DNA from: Raillietiella orientalis
Lineage: Eukaryota
Direction: 5' to 3'
Assembly: GCA_036172245.1 (NCBI GenBank)
Contig: JAYWIR010000085.1
Span: 124,001 to 188,000 of the forward strand
DNA: 64,000 bases
Part shown: positions 36,101 to 49,050 of the stretch, one piece after another
Layout: each line of letters opens with the position of its first letter
How positions within the stretch are numbered: position 1 is the first letter of the stretch
Translations under genes and position numbers: made by a program
The notes under the pieces: model-generated
Told to the model about the DNA's origin: nothing
Seen by the model: the letters and a program-made list of their open reading frames with translations, nothing else
The model's database searches: none

Positions 36101-38599
36101 AGACTGGTCTTTGCACTCGATGACAAGGAACAACGATTTTTGACGTCTAAACTGTACAGAGTCCTACATCCCAACACATTCAAGGACTTTGTTTTGCTAA
36201 GGGAATTGGGGCATCCAGTAGGAGGACATCAGATGGAGAGGAAAGAGAGCCTTGACCTTTGACATGCATCCGAAAAGCCTTAGAAAGCAATACAACACGG
36301 AGACCAGAGAAATGCCAAGTTTCATGAGCCAGCAAAGGAAAGCAACGTGGTGTGCCACGCAAAGACACAGACCACCTGAAGAGTGAATTCCTCGCGAGAG
36401 GTAGAAAGAACTGTGAAATGTTCTGAAAGAGATGTCGAGACAATCCTGCATGGTAGATGAAATACCTGGCTATGAATCTTTTGATTTTATTATAGTTCCT
36501 GTTTTATTTTACACAGTTCGAAACGCATAGCAAGCAATCGAGATGACTCGCGTTTGCTGAAGTTCCGGAGTCTTCCATTCATGTAGATTAACCGATTCAC
36601 GTAGATACCTGCAAGCGGCCATTGAGGGAGTGTGTAAGACGTCGGGACAGAAAATGCGTACACAGGGCTACATTGCCAAAATTATACAAATCCCAGGATC
36701 TTCCAGCAAACAGAAATTCACGTGCCAGGTGAAGGCGTCGTGGATGAGGAGAGAGAGCAATTTAGCGGGTGTTTGCAAAGAGCTTCAGAATAAATATACA
36801 GATCAAATTCGAATCTCGGCGTCTCGAATTTTCCATTACCACCAAACAGTCTGGGATGAAATCAAAACATATCTTGTTAAGACGAAATGTCGACGTCCAG
36901 ACAGTCACCATTAGCGCCTGCTTCGTCGGAGCTCAAGTTTGACACGATAGCCTTTCGAGGGTGGGTCATCAAGGCGTATTTTCCTGAAACAGCAGGTGTT
37001 TCCAAGCACTTCAGTTCAGGATCTTTAGCATTCAAGATTCGAGATTTTAAAAATGAAACGTCTCGGATGATCATGCTAACCGAATTGTAATTGAATAGAG
37101 ATCCCTCTCGTAGTGATTTTAATGTTCACTAAGAATTCACTAAGAAATTCGTTATGTCTTTGAGAATTTCATTCATGCTGCAACTCCACACTCGCTTGAC
37201 AGAAACCTGCTGCATCTTTACGCATCCGGAATTTCCGACTTTATCCTTCATTTCAAACGAAATATGAAAATTTTTGAACCCATTCGGATCCGATACTTCG
37301 GTTCTGGAATGCTTTTCTTGCATCCGAGTTCTGTGGAATTCGCATCTGCCTCAGCGTTCCACTGTGCGTTCCCATTTATTATTATTTATATGACTGCTTG
37401 TCTGTTAAATTTATCCACAAGAAACATACCCGAGTTGATGGTTAGCGGGGGGTAATCTGCCTGCAGTTCTCCTGTCTGCAAGCTAGCAAGTGATGCTCGT
37501 TTCTTGGAAGATGGTTTCAGAAACACTGTTTCCAAACGATAGCTTTATCAGATACCTCTCTTTTCCCTCTCATGTAGCAGAGCGATCGCATCCTCAGCAT
37601 TAGACATTGAGGATCGCAGTTGTCTTGTTGTCCTGTCCAAGACAGGGAGCAGAAAGCAAGAATAAGAGTCGTTGCTTTCGTCCGGAAGTGTTCCGATTTC
37701 TTTCCCCGAATATTCCCAGCTGAAATCAGAATGCCAAAGCCATGAGCACCGCAGATGCGTGCTCATGATCACGTTTTGCTCTTCCCTCAAGGATTCCGAA
37801 AATGATCGAAATTTCTTGAGGAATCCTAAATCTAATAAGCAACACTGAAAGACAGATATCTTTTCAACAGTAGATGCCGTTCTTGATTCAATATGATATA
37901 TGATACGTTAATAATATGTAATCAGTATTTTTGTAATATATATTCGGTGCCTTAATACTGAATGCAATGTACTAAACAATAGCACCGCTTACTCGTCAGG
38001 GTGTGAGAGCAGAAGATGCTTCGGAAAGGTCATCACCATGCACAGACTTCCCTGGCATTCAGGGAATACACCAACGCAAATTCACAACAACAACAGGATA
38101 TTTTTCTGGCATTAATCTAGCCTTTTTGCTTATTTGTTATCTTGGTAGTTGTTACTGCAATCCGGGATGCGTTTTCGCTGCCCGACAGTATCAGTCGCGT
38201 AGCATTTCTTAGATTCAGTATACATACATACATATCAATTTCACCTTATGAACCCTTAGGAATGGCCATTTTCAAAGCTGCCTGCATCATAGATCGTTCC
38301 TCGCAGCTTCCTTTTCGTAGGTTTGAAGTTCGGAGGACTGAAATAGCTGCGAACATTCTCAGAAGCACATCTACAAGAGGTCACCCACTGCCCTAGTCGA
38401 AGCCCAGATCTCAATTCTGTTGTATATGGGCAGCGAAACTGTCATTCTGAGTGCGTATATTTACTTGTGTCTCACTTTGTGACTCATATCTTTCCGTGCT
38501 GAAATCCCGTTTTGGGATTCTCTCTGTCTTTGATCTTGGGATCGTGGTCGATTCCTTGCCATTCTTCTGCCTCAGCCCCTCCCTCACGGCTTGGGCGGC

Positions 38600-39600
38600 C
38601 AGCTGTTCCTCTCGATGGCCTCTCCGTCGATTCTTTTGGCACCTGAGACCTCTGCCCTGTGCGCGCAACTGCCATGGCGGTGATGCATATTCCATAAACT
38701 GCTTCCGGTCAGCGTTCTACCACGGCTCCCTGGCAAAGGGAGCTCTGAAATGTGCTCGCTGGTAACTTTTTCCAAAATTCGAACTGGACTGGTCATTAGG
38801 GTAGGAAATCCATAGATAGATGGATGATATGTCTAATTCAGATGCGCCTAACGATCATGTATTTCTCAAGTCAACCAGGCACGTGTTAGTGGTGCATCCA
38901 CGGGATCATTCTGTGCAGGTGTGAGGTCAGAAAGGGCTCAGGCAATTGAATGGGACTCAACATGCTTTATCCGCTCACGTGGTAAGCAACGGCTCCGTGT
39001 CATGTCAACCCTTTCGTGCTTATCGAAGGTCTTCTGGTCGACCTTTCTGTGCTTGCCCTTTTCAAACTTTGGCCTACTCATCTACCATCTTTCCCTCTGC
39101 ACTTTTGCGGCGATCACGTTCAGGATTTCTTGTACGCGTTGGATGGAGGAAACGTTCTGCAAAAAATCAATGGTCACTCACTCTTTTTATGGACACACTT
39201 TTTGCATCTGAAGTGATGAGGATCCATCTGTTTTCGGTACTTAGATCCTATCTGCAACAAAGCATCTCTGATGGAACCGTAATCCTTGATTATAGCTTCT
39301 TTTTATGGACATTTTTACGGACATCGGCCCGTGAGAAAATTTCCTTTTTTCATGGAATTTCCTAATTTATGAGCCCCCTTTTCCCGTGTCGACTTGTTCG
39401 TCGCAGTGCCTAACTCCTTTTTTTAGAATTGAGATGCAGGGTTTGCCCTCTGCATTTATGTCCGAGTCATCTTTGCCTCGTTGGATCAGCGGGCGCAAAT
39501 TGGGTCCTGAGTTCATTCCTGAGGAACGGCCACCGAGAAATTTTCGCAAACTACTTCAAAGGTCGTTTCATCTCTGTTCCCAAAATGGGACAGGAAGAAT
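38600..39600 (-). mobile_element. Decayed LINE reverse transcriptase relic (C-terminal part)
   Basis: Minus-strand fragments PLIQRGKDDSD…CISIL, IQRVQEILNVI, RGCTTNTCL and IYGFPTL…ILEKV occur in the order expected for a LINE RT and its C-terminal region. Confidence 0.4.
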
Positions 39601-42009
39601 GGGCGGGTGTTTCCATTTGCATTTCGAGGAAAGACTGCTAAACTAACCGGAATGATCTTCGGAATGCCGTCTTTTTCGTGCCCCATTAAAGAGCCTATGG
39701 AACTGCAGATGAGCGCCCTTGTCAATCTCGGGGGACCTTGAAGCGTGTCTTGGCACAAACTTCGTTCTAGAATCTCTGATCGATGCTGCTGCTTCAATCG
39801 TGGAAACGAGTGCGATGGACCACATTCAGTGCTAGCGGCAATAAGCTCTTTTTGAATCGCTCCTGGAGTGCTTGAGGCGCAGAAACTCTCTTCATTTCAC
39901 TCGGGAAAGAACTTCGCGAATTCTTGGACGAACTAAAGTCCCCCCTCCGCTCCCCTTCTCTTAGCAACCACCTTGATTTCATTTCAGCATTCCTGGTGGA
40001 TACATGATGGGGACTGGGATGCCGATCTTTCCCGGTCCTCTTCACTTAGTCTAGCTGATCTTATCCCAAATCAATCAGAACCATGCAGTGAAGATGGGTG
40101 GGCGGATGTATCTGCTGCTTCATATGCGGAGATGTTCCATCAGTTTCTGCACCTCCAGCGCCTTCCTCGATCAAACTTCGTGCTGGGATTCACTTTGGGA
40201 AATCCGAGGCGGTTGGGTCGGCCTTGCCCTGGTGCGTTGCACATCTCTGACACGTGCTGCATGCCAGATACGACCGTGAGGCCACATGGTCCAGTCAGCA
40301 CAGCCATAGGGAGACTTCCGAGTCTTCGTATGGCTTGATCATTCCACGGGTGTCACAGTTACCAAAGGGCCGGGGTTGAAGATTCTCACCGATTCTGGGA
40401 CTACAGAAGCGGACATCGGACCCCAATGCCGCGGTGTTTCGTCCTTTATCCCTTCTCGAGCGCGCTGACTGCCGCTGGTTCCGTATTTCGCAAAGGGAAG
40501 TAGGGGTCATCAGATTGTTCTTTCGGTTGTTGCTTGGTAACTCCAGGAAGTTTATTTGCATATTACATAACAAACCAATCTATGTAGTGGAGGGAGGGAG
40601 GAGAAGTTCCCTTTGTTCGGAGTCCAGGATAGGACCCGGCTCCTGCCCACAGCGAAATTGTGCGTTCGCGAAGGACTATTGGAGAGGTAGAGGGGAGGGG
40701 GAAACAAAGATAATTCGGGGGAGGATGACAAGGAAGAAGGGTCACTGGACTCCAGGCAGCTCCTTGGAAGGTTCGCTCAGGTTGCGGGCGATTCCGTTCC
40801 CGGATCCTGAGGCAGGCTTGGGGGAAGGGGGAATTCTCGCGCAGGAATACCTGGACCCACGCAGTTTTGGCATCCTTCCTGCAATTCCTAGAGCATTAGG
40901 GCGGTTCCGCGGACGTCTGTCATGGGATGGGGCGACCACGATCTTAGGTCTCTCGAGCTCTTTAAGTTGGCACTAGGCGGTAGGATGAGGGCACTTCAGC
41001 CCTAGACGGGAAGCACCGAAGTACAGAAGGAGGTTGAAGGAACAGACCCATTTCCCCCTCCCGCCGAAACGGTCCGCAAGGGCACCCTCCTCCTCGCCAG
41101 ACGGTGCCTAAGCTCGCTGTCACAGGGTGGCTCCTGCCCAGGGAGGGAGTGGTGCACTGAGGGGAATTACGGAGCTGTCCGCATACGAAGCAGGAGGAAG
41201 GAAAGGGCTGTAATGTCTTCTGGGGAATGGCGGAAAGGGGAGCTCCAAGAGCTCTCCCATGGTTGTCCAATCGGAGGGCCGCGCTCAGGAGAAGAGCCGA
41301 GGCCTCAGCAGAAGCAGGCTGATGGCTGGAGGCTCGTTTCCGGCGCCACTCCGGGAACTCTGAGAAAACGCAGAGCAGTCGGCAAACAGCAGGGCAGCTC
41401 GGGCCGCGTAATTCCGGAATGTTCTAGGTTGCCATGGAGGCACGCGCGGACGCCTGCACAGTTAAAGAGCGGGACGTCCTTTCGCTCGTTGCGTTTGATC
41501 CTCGAGGCACGTTTCTTCTTCGGATGGAACAGAAACGGCTTCTTCTTCTTGGAGCTGACGAGGATCATCTTTTCAGGTGTTCCATAACCGATCTATGAAT
41601 CCTAAGGAGAGCGGGAGTTTCTCTGATAGGAGAAGAGTGCGGTTCAGCAGCGTGCGTCAGCAAAAGAACTCGGACTGGGACCTGTTCATGAGGGAGAGCT
41701 TCATGCAGGCAGCATGGCCGCTCTCCCTCAAAGAAAACTGGGACAAAACTCACCGTCTGGTTCCACGCTGCATTGAAAGGTAAGGAAGGGCTCTTGAGCG
41801 CCTCCGTGCTTCTGGGACTCTCGACATGGGGGTCCACTGCGCTACTCCGAAGGTCTTCGCTGTTTTCCTTCCGAATTTTTTTTTCGCTTTTTTTCGGGTT
41901 TTCTTTTTTTTGGTTCGCTGAGTGCTTCAGGAACCGCCGTTCGCCTGGCGATGCTGACGGAGCTGTTGAACGCTATCCACGCCACTTGAGGGTGTGCGTC
42001 TTTCTTCAA

Positions 42010-42650
42010 GGGATAGGGACACCCTATGAATTCAGGAAGGCTCCGGAGGAAGGAGTCCGTTCCTCTCACGCTTGGTAGGGAACCCTGAAGGGAACCTCCG
42101 CTTTATTCTTTCCGGAGGGACCCCTGGAGGGGGCTGCTCCATCATATCTTCGCCGAAGGGAACTCGGAAAGCATCCACTCCTGGAATTCCTTCTCCGGAG
42201 GGAATCCGCAAGGGAACTTCTCCCTGTTTCCTCCTCTGAAGAGAACTCCGAGGAGAGCAGCGCGCTTCTGATACTCTGGAGAGGCAACTCCCTGAGGGGA
42301 GGTATCAGCCAGCTCCATGGTACGCGATACAAGGTCTTCTCCCTGGAAGGAAGAGGGGGGGGCACGGCTTCATTTACACAACCGGAGGAGAACCCCGAAA
42401 GGCTCCTTGATTCTCGGAAGGACCCCGGAGCAATCCAGACCAGTCAACGGGCGCATCCGGTTTCTGGCTCTCCCAAGTGCAGCACCCTACGAATAGTGCT
42501 ACCATAGTCATCTTGAGGGTGCAACTCGAAACCCACGACGCATCTCTCATTCCCGGCGTCGACGCTTCCCCTGGAAGGATTCGAACCCGCAACGCTTGGT
42601 ACCACTCGCAGAAGCCGCAGCCACTCTGCAACCAACGCGGTCGCCAAGGT
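42010..42650 (-). mobile_element. tRNA-headed SINE-like repeat, copy 2 (more intact)
   Basis: The minus strand begins ggcgaccgcgttggttgcagagtgg (A-box-like) … gcgggttcgaatcc (B-box). The body is homologous to 17040-17110 and 17700-18120. Confidence 0.65.
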
Positions 42651-43289
42651 TCTAAAAGCGTCCTTTTCGAATGCTCTCTTCTACGCATACCATCATCATC
42701 TCACGGAATGCGGTTTCCGGAGAGGCATTTAGTAATCCTCATCACCTGCTTCGTTCCCCTTTCCGAAACTAGGAAATTTTCCGGAATCAGGGAACGAGAA
42801 AACGCTCCGACCATAAAGGGAGCGGAAGGTCCTTTAATATCTCTGGAAACTGCTTTCCTGAGTTTCCCTGAGGTATCGATCTTTCAGATTTAAAGTGGAA
42901 CATCTAATAAATGGTGGAAGGTCAGGTAACCGTAGGATCCGATGCCCATGGGCTTCCAGATGGCTCATGTTCTCAGCCTGCAGGGCGTGCCGGGCAGCGG
43001 TGGTACGTGAAGGGAAACGCAGAGTGCCGGAACACTAGCGAAATCTGAAAACAACGGCGACTCATTCACGTCTCCTGAGCGTACGATCAGCTCAAAGCAC
43101 TCCGTGTCAGTTCCCAAAAAGAAAGCCAGAGAAGGTCGATATCAATTTTTTTTCTCTTCTTTGAACGGCATTTCGGACACCCTTTGATGGTGAGGAGGCT
43201 CTTGCATGATTCTATGTCCCACTCGTCAAGGGTCGCGCTGCGACTATCGGAGACTTGGTTGCCTGCTGGTCACGCGACCGCCACCCCGC

Positions 43290-43830
43290 GGCTGATCAAA
43301 GCCCTACTTCAAGAAGAACTTCTCGCGATTCTCTTGGAGCAGGAAGATGTCTCCCCCGAACGGATTTCCAAAGTGAAGAGTTGCAAAACTGGAAGCGCCG
43401 CTTCCTTATCGTGTCCACGAGCTGGCAGGGGTCTCCTCGCAACAGAGGACCTTGCGCCGAGATCCAAGCATTGCAGCTCCGTAGGAAGTTTCTCGGGAGG
43501 AAATGGGGAGATCTGCTTTCGGCAGCGTTCGGCATGTTTGCCGGAGGCATAGTGAAGAACATGCTGCTCCACTTCATGCGCCACAAACAAATCCCATAGC
43601 TGTCGAGCGGAACGGGTCGCACGTTCCAGAAAGCATCCGATGCAAGGTCTGGAACTCGTGCCCGTTCTTCCTTCCAGGAAGGGAGAGATTGCGTCCACTT
43701 CTGATCGCGCGGGGCCACGAGTGGATTCCCGTTTTCCAGGAGAAGTTTCCTTCATGTTTGGGTGTTCGGAAACACGTAGTGGAGTCACTTGCGCGGCGAC
43801 ACTGCGCAAGAGTGGACCCGCCCATTTCTC
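43290..43830 (+). mobile_element. Possible decayed LINE ORF1 relic
   Basis: LLQEELLAILLEQEDVSPERISKVKSCKTG…GNGEICFRQRSAC is followed by Cys/His remnants, resembling the pre-knuckle region of LINE ORF1. Confidence 0.3.
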
Positions 43831-44210
43831 CTGAGAAACGGTTCTCTGCGCTCGTTTCCCGGGTGGTCCCAGCGGAGCAGATGTGCGGCGAATCGAGGAG
43901 GATCGCAGAGCTTCCGCACAGTAAGAAGGAGGAGGGAGGGAGTCGTGCTGGAAGCTCCGGGAGCTTTCTTGCGGCTTTCTTTTGCGCGGTGCGGTGCCTG
44001 AAAACACAGGGCAAAGTGGGCAGCACTTTCGCGCGCGGCGAGGCTTCCTCCCTGAACATTTCCGGAGCATTGAATCTTCCTGACTCTTCCACTCGCACCC
44101 TTTTAACGCAGATTCCTTTGGCGCGGGGAAAGTACCCCTTCGTTAATTGGAAGCCGCGCGCGGGCTTTCCCGTTCCCTCCTATAGACGTGTGGATTTTCC
44201 CTTTGGACCA

Positions 44211-44428
44211 ACCAGCTCTTCTCCTCGTGCGTCCCGACTTCTTCCGGAAAGGCTTCAGCCTCTGAAGTCGTTCTCCGAAAGTGTCTCCCAGAGTGCTGGA
44301 CAGCACCCATCGGAATGGAGGTGCCAAATTCCCTCCACTTACCTACGAAAAAACGCGGAAGGGAATCTCCGAACTGGGTGGCGGAGATCAGAAGCCGATG
44401 AATCTCTCTGGTATCGCACAGGAGGAAG
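44211..44428 (+). repeat. Dispersed ~215-bp repeat, copy 1 (direct partner at 55512-55722)
   Basis: ctcgtgcgtcccgactt…ccggaaaggcttcag…tgaagtcgttctc…cagcacccatcggaa…ggaagggaatctcc…cagaagccgat is shared with 55512-55722, about 80% identical by eye. Confidence 0.85.
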
Positions 44429-47400
44429 GAGACGCGTTGGTGCCTTACCGGAACCTTCGAGGCCGTGGACCTCCTCTTCCTGTGCTGAGACCAAACCTTT
44501 TTCCCTCAGGCGTCCACTCTTTTCGAAAAGAGAGGGGAAAAAAAAAAAAATCCTTTCCATACTGGAATGAAAGAACTCTAAAGATTCTCGGTTGATCCGA
44601 TGCGCGCTGCAGGGAGGGGAACTTTCGTTTCCCGACCATTCGATCTTCGTTCGATCCCTTACAGCTGGATGTTTCCTGGATTCTGGTGCCTCTGACATCC
44701 GAGGAAGGAAGGAACAAAGGGCGCACCGTTTTGTATTCGAGTGGACTTACGGGAGGTTTCTCCTGGATTCCGGATCGAGGGGAAAACAGTAAGGCCTGCT
44801 TGCAAACTCGAATGCGATCCAAGAGGATGGAGTCCAGGGACCGATCCTGAAAAGGTCCTCAAAGTGCTCGCTTCATTAGCGAGCACTTTGAGGTGAACAT
44901 ATTCGTGCAATTTTTCGCGCATCATCGAACAAGTGCGAGGGTGTAAACTTTTTGACCATCAGCACAGGGGGGCATTCCTGCATCATATCGAATACGTCAT
45001 GCCCATGCTCATTACCGCGGTCACATTATTCCCATGAGAGTAGTTCTTTCCGTTCTCAGAGACAATCTGCACTCAGCAGTGGTCGAGGCGAGTGATGCTT
45101 TTCGATGGTTCCTTCGGAAGAGGGGAAGATACCTCACGAGCAGGAGATATTGAATCCACCACGGATGCCGACGAGACCCATCCGGTTTCCTTCTCCACGT
45201 TTGCACACCTTCCGCACGAATCAGAAGGCTCACCGGTTGCCGGATTTGCTCCCAAGGAGAAGGAACTGGAACAGACCTAAGTGCTGTTGGAGTAGGGCGA
45301 ACCATCCACGTTAGGGTGGACTAGAAAAAAAAAGTCTGTTTCCCGTGGGAGGAAAGGAGCTGCCATCCAGAAGCGATGCTGTTCCCAGTTCTAGTCAGTG
45401 CTGGAGACTGACTCCAGCACGCTGACTCTCCTGAAAACGGCATAGAGGCTGGTGGGCTGAAGAGAAAGATTCGCAGATGGTGGAAACAGCTTGAAGAAGT
45501 CTGCCTTCGTGGATGCTCAAAGGGAACAGGAGGTCAGGGGTGAATCGAACCTTCGCTTCAAGAACTGCAAAAACAAGTCCCTTCAGATAGCCGGGGAGCT
45601 CAAGACTCCATCTCAGTTATTGAAGTTCCTGTCAACCAGGAATAAAAATGGTCTCGACCTTGGATGAGGCAGTAAAAACGCAAAAATCGAAGAAATAGCA
45701 AGTGAATAGCAAGAAATAGCAATCGAAGTGACTCAGCTGTAAACTAAGAACTGCACCTGACGAAAGCGTCTTCCAGGACAACGGATCAAAGTCTCTGAAA
45801 TAGCCCTGGGAAGTCCCAAGAGTTTAAGATAAGACCTCAGTAATTCGCAGGTCTGAAGAACTTGATTGGCAGCAAGATCAGTCGGTTCCTTCCTTTTCTG
45901 TTCGTACCTTCCTGTCCGGTACCGGTGTATCTCCGCTCTCTTCCAGTGCTCGAACTCGGAAAGGAAACCGGGATCTTAAGAGGGTCATCGCAAAACCGTC
46001 CCGAAACCATGTGGGAACTCAGGTTGAAACGAACTCCTCTCCAGAGCAAAAAGCACTTCACCGGGTGCTTCAAACTGCAGTCTCGAGCTCGGGACGAGGC
46101 GAAGCTGGGTTGTCCCACGAGTGGCTCAAGACTGCACCGATCGTAGCTCATTAATTTCTCTCTTCTATTTTCCCTTTTGCTTCGAGGGTAAGGTTCTTCT
46201 TGCTTCCGCCTATCCAGAACTTGCGAGGCACCCTGCAGGGTTCCACACCGTTAACACGGGAAGCGGAAAAAGCAAACTCGCTCCGAAGGTGTTGCAACCA
46301 AGAGAGCTCCCTGCAACTGAAGCGTGGTGGCGTGGGGCGAAGTGTCCCCCTAGAAAGGCTCTTGTCCTTTCTTTCCGAGTGGTTTCCTTTCGCGCCGCCC
46401 TCGATGTCATCTGCCTGAGCTTAGAGCCAAAAGGGGAAGGCGCGAGCGCCACTGGAACTGAACCACTCATCCAGAGGAAGCTCCGGACTCCGGGAAGTGA
46501 ATCGCCCTGCTTGCTCCAGGAAGCACCGTCTGCTGGATTCCCTCATTTCGCGAGAGTGTGTGAGGAGGATCACCCGACGAGGGTGATTGATTCTCAGAAC
46601 TTCTCCTTATTTGTTTCCTCGGCAATTACCTGCGGGCTTGGAAATCTATTGTTTCCTGACTTCACTGGACCTTGTTCTGAGGGAACGTCCCTTCGAGTCT
46701 CTTTCCTTGAAGTTTCTCCTGTTTCTCCTGACTCTGTCTTTTCCCGTCCTTCTCAGAAGGGGCGAGAACGAGGGAGACGAGGGGGCTTGAGCGAGAGGCA
46801 GAGCCAGTCTCTCTTCGTATGGTGAATGCGTTTTTGCAGAGGCAAAGGATCATAGGTCCCTGGAACGCGCGATCCACGGCCTCTCTATCAAAATCCAGCC
46901 TTTCTCGAACGCCCGATCCAAAGAACCGTCAGAGAGGATGGTCTGAAGTCAAGAGACTTGGCTGTGCACAGTCCTCCACCTGCTTTCTCCAACGGTGCAG
47001 ACGATGGTGCCCAAGTCCAAGAGCAGGGAGGTGTTCCCCATCTGGACGTTTTACCTCACCACCCAGGACGGCGGATGAAGTCGTAGAGGGCAGTGAACCA
47101 CCGTGCTGCCAAGTCCGTGCTCCATCGAATTACCGCGAGTTTTCCGCTACTCAAGCGTGGGATTCAGGTCACTCATGAAAGACTCGCATCCCCTAACCAC
47201 CTCTAATCCTGTACTTGAGTCCTGGCTGATAGCTTATCCAAGAGTCGCATCACCGGAGGAGGTTTCTGTTCAGTCTTAGGGACGCTGAAGAGGTCCATGA
47301 TTTTACCTGAAGGGAAGAAGACTGCCTCAGGGGATTCGAGCACATAGCTTCCCGCAGCATAAGAGAGCTCTTAAGGTGCTTCTGAGGTGATCGTTGACCG

Positions 47401-47949
47401 AGAACGTGCAGGGAGACACCAAAGAGCAAAGGGATACGATAGAGAGGAGTGGGAACCAAAGAAATCAAAGTGCCTTGAGGAACTGTAAGGCGGGTCTTCT
47501 GTCAGTGATCTGCTGCAACCGCGACCATTTTTTTTCTTGCTCTCCTGTGGTCAGACATGCAGCGGGGCTTTCACATGAATCAGGTCAGCTACAGCTGTGT
47601 TTCCCTTCCTCCCTCTTCCAGATGAAAGAACCTGAAAAAGAGACTCTTGAGTCTGGATAGGAAATCTCTGGGATTCAGAGTCTTGAGAACTTGGACCACA
47701 AATCTTGGATATTTTAGGGGAAGAAAGCATTCCTCTATCCTCATCGAGAATGCGTCTGATTTCCCCATCCTATCCGGAAGTATCTGCTTGGTAATTTAAA
47801 CGAACAGATGATGAACACGTGATCATTAGTGGGAGATCACGTGATCGTCACGCGCCCCATGTAGCCGTTTCCCAGGGTATTTCATATTTAAGCAAGAGTA
47901 GCATTCCACGCGTGGACATTGGCAGCACGACCAGCCGCCATACTTTTCC

Positions 47950-49050
47950 CTATTGTCCTTAAAATAGAGTTTCCGGAAAATCTCGTGGCAGCACCCAGAG
48001 CACTCCTCTGCAGCCCATCGCTGCTTGGATGCTTACGAGAGACTTGGAAAAGATTTTGGGATAGACGAGGGTAGGCCGTCGAATGTGGGGATAGGATGCC
48101 TTGAAAACCTGATTGGGATATCTACAATGTTTCCCAAGACACCTTTTCCTCACCTGATTGTTCAGCACATTTCCTGATTCCTCACCTGATTGCTCATCCA
48201 AACTTGTTTGGAAATGACCTCGTCGAGGATGCCTTAGAATAGATTCTATCTGATCCAATGTGAGGACTTTCTTCGCCCGGGAGCTTGAGGGAATGGTGAA
48301 ATGGCTGCAAGCCATTCCATGAGGTGGTATTGGTGGGGGGGAGGGGATGTGCGCATCCACGTGGCCCCATGAGCTATTCCATTCTCTGAAAGTTCAATTG
48401 AGAGTCAGCCCTTCTGTGCCTGACGCGTGGTCAGTACATTTCTGAGGGGAGACTGCGCTATCTTGCGTGTCTGGGCGATGTTTCATGTACTCAGAGCAGC
48501 TTTCTTTTCGGTGGTAGGGAATTTTTTCTCACTGAGTCATGGTGTGCGTGGAGGGGGCTTTCTAACGCATGTGATGCAGCTATCCAGGAAAGTTGGAGAG
48601 AAGCACCAGGAGTTCTTCATGAGCACCACCCTGGATCTGATGCAAGCTCTCCCGTATGTCTCCTCTTGTTTCCAATGCAGATACTCCCTTGATGGATGCA
48701 AGATCTATGTTTCTCACCGGAGTTTTCGATGAAGGACTGCAACGAAGAATTCTGTTGGAAAATGGTCTTAGAAAGAAGGTCCAAAGTGCTCTTTTTGCAG
48801 GCGTCCGCACCCTGACCACGATCTTTCTGCCCCCCTGAATGAGCGTAGAGAACTACAAAGTCTTACAATCCATACGCTTTCCTTGCTTGAAATTGATCGA
48901 AGGCATGGTTGACCAGTGTGCCTAGAGAATATTGATCATCTAGGACCGGTGCTGTGCAGGAAACCGTGAATTGCAAGCTTCCATGTGTTTTAGATAAACA
49001 AACAAACGGAGCGCTTGGTTGTTCGGTGCTTTCATTATCGGGGTCGTCGG
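47950..49050 (-). mobile_element. Decayed LINE reverse transcriptase relic
   Basis: Minus-strand fragments TAPVLDD (cf. KAPGxD), LLVLLSNF, KVLTLD and CLGKH…SYPHIRRPTLVY (cf. YxxxIRPxLEY) are colinear. Confidence 0.4.

Noticed and set aside
36600..37330. Possible ionotropic-receptor-like fragment (CLETPAVSGKYALMTH) on the minus strand
   Set aside because: It is a single weak resemblance with no TM segments or further motifs.
42560..42650. Functional tRNA gene
   Set aside because: A/B boxes are present, but I could not build a convincing cloverleaf, and the segment continues into a repeat body shared with 17-18 kb. It is treated as a SINE head.
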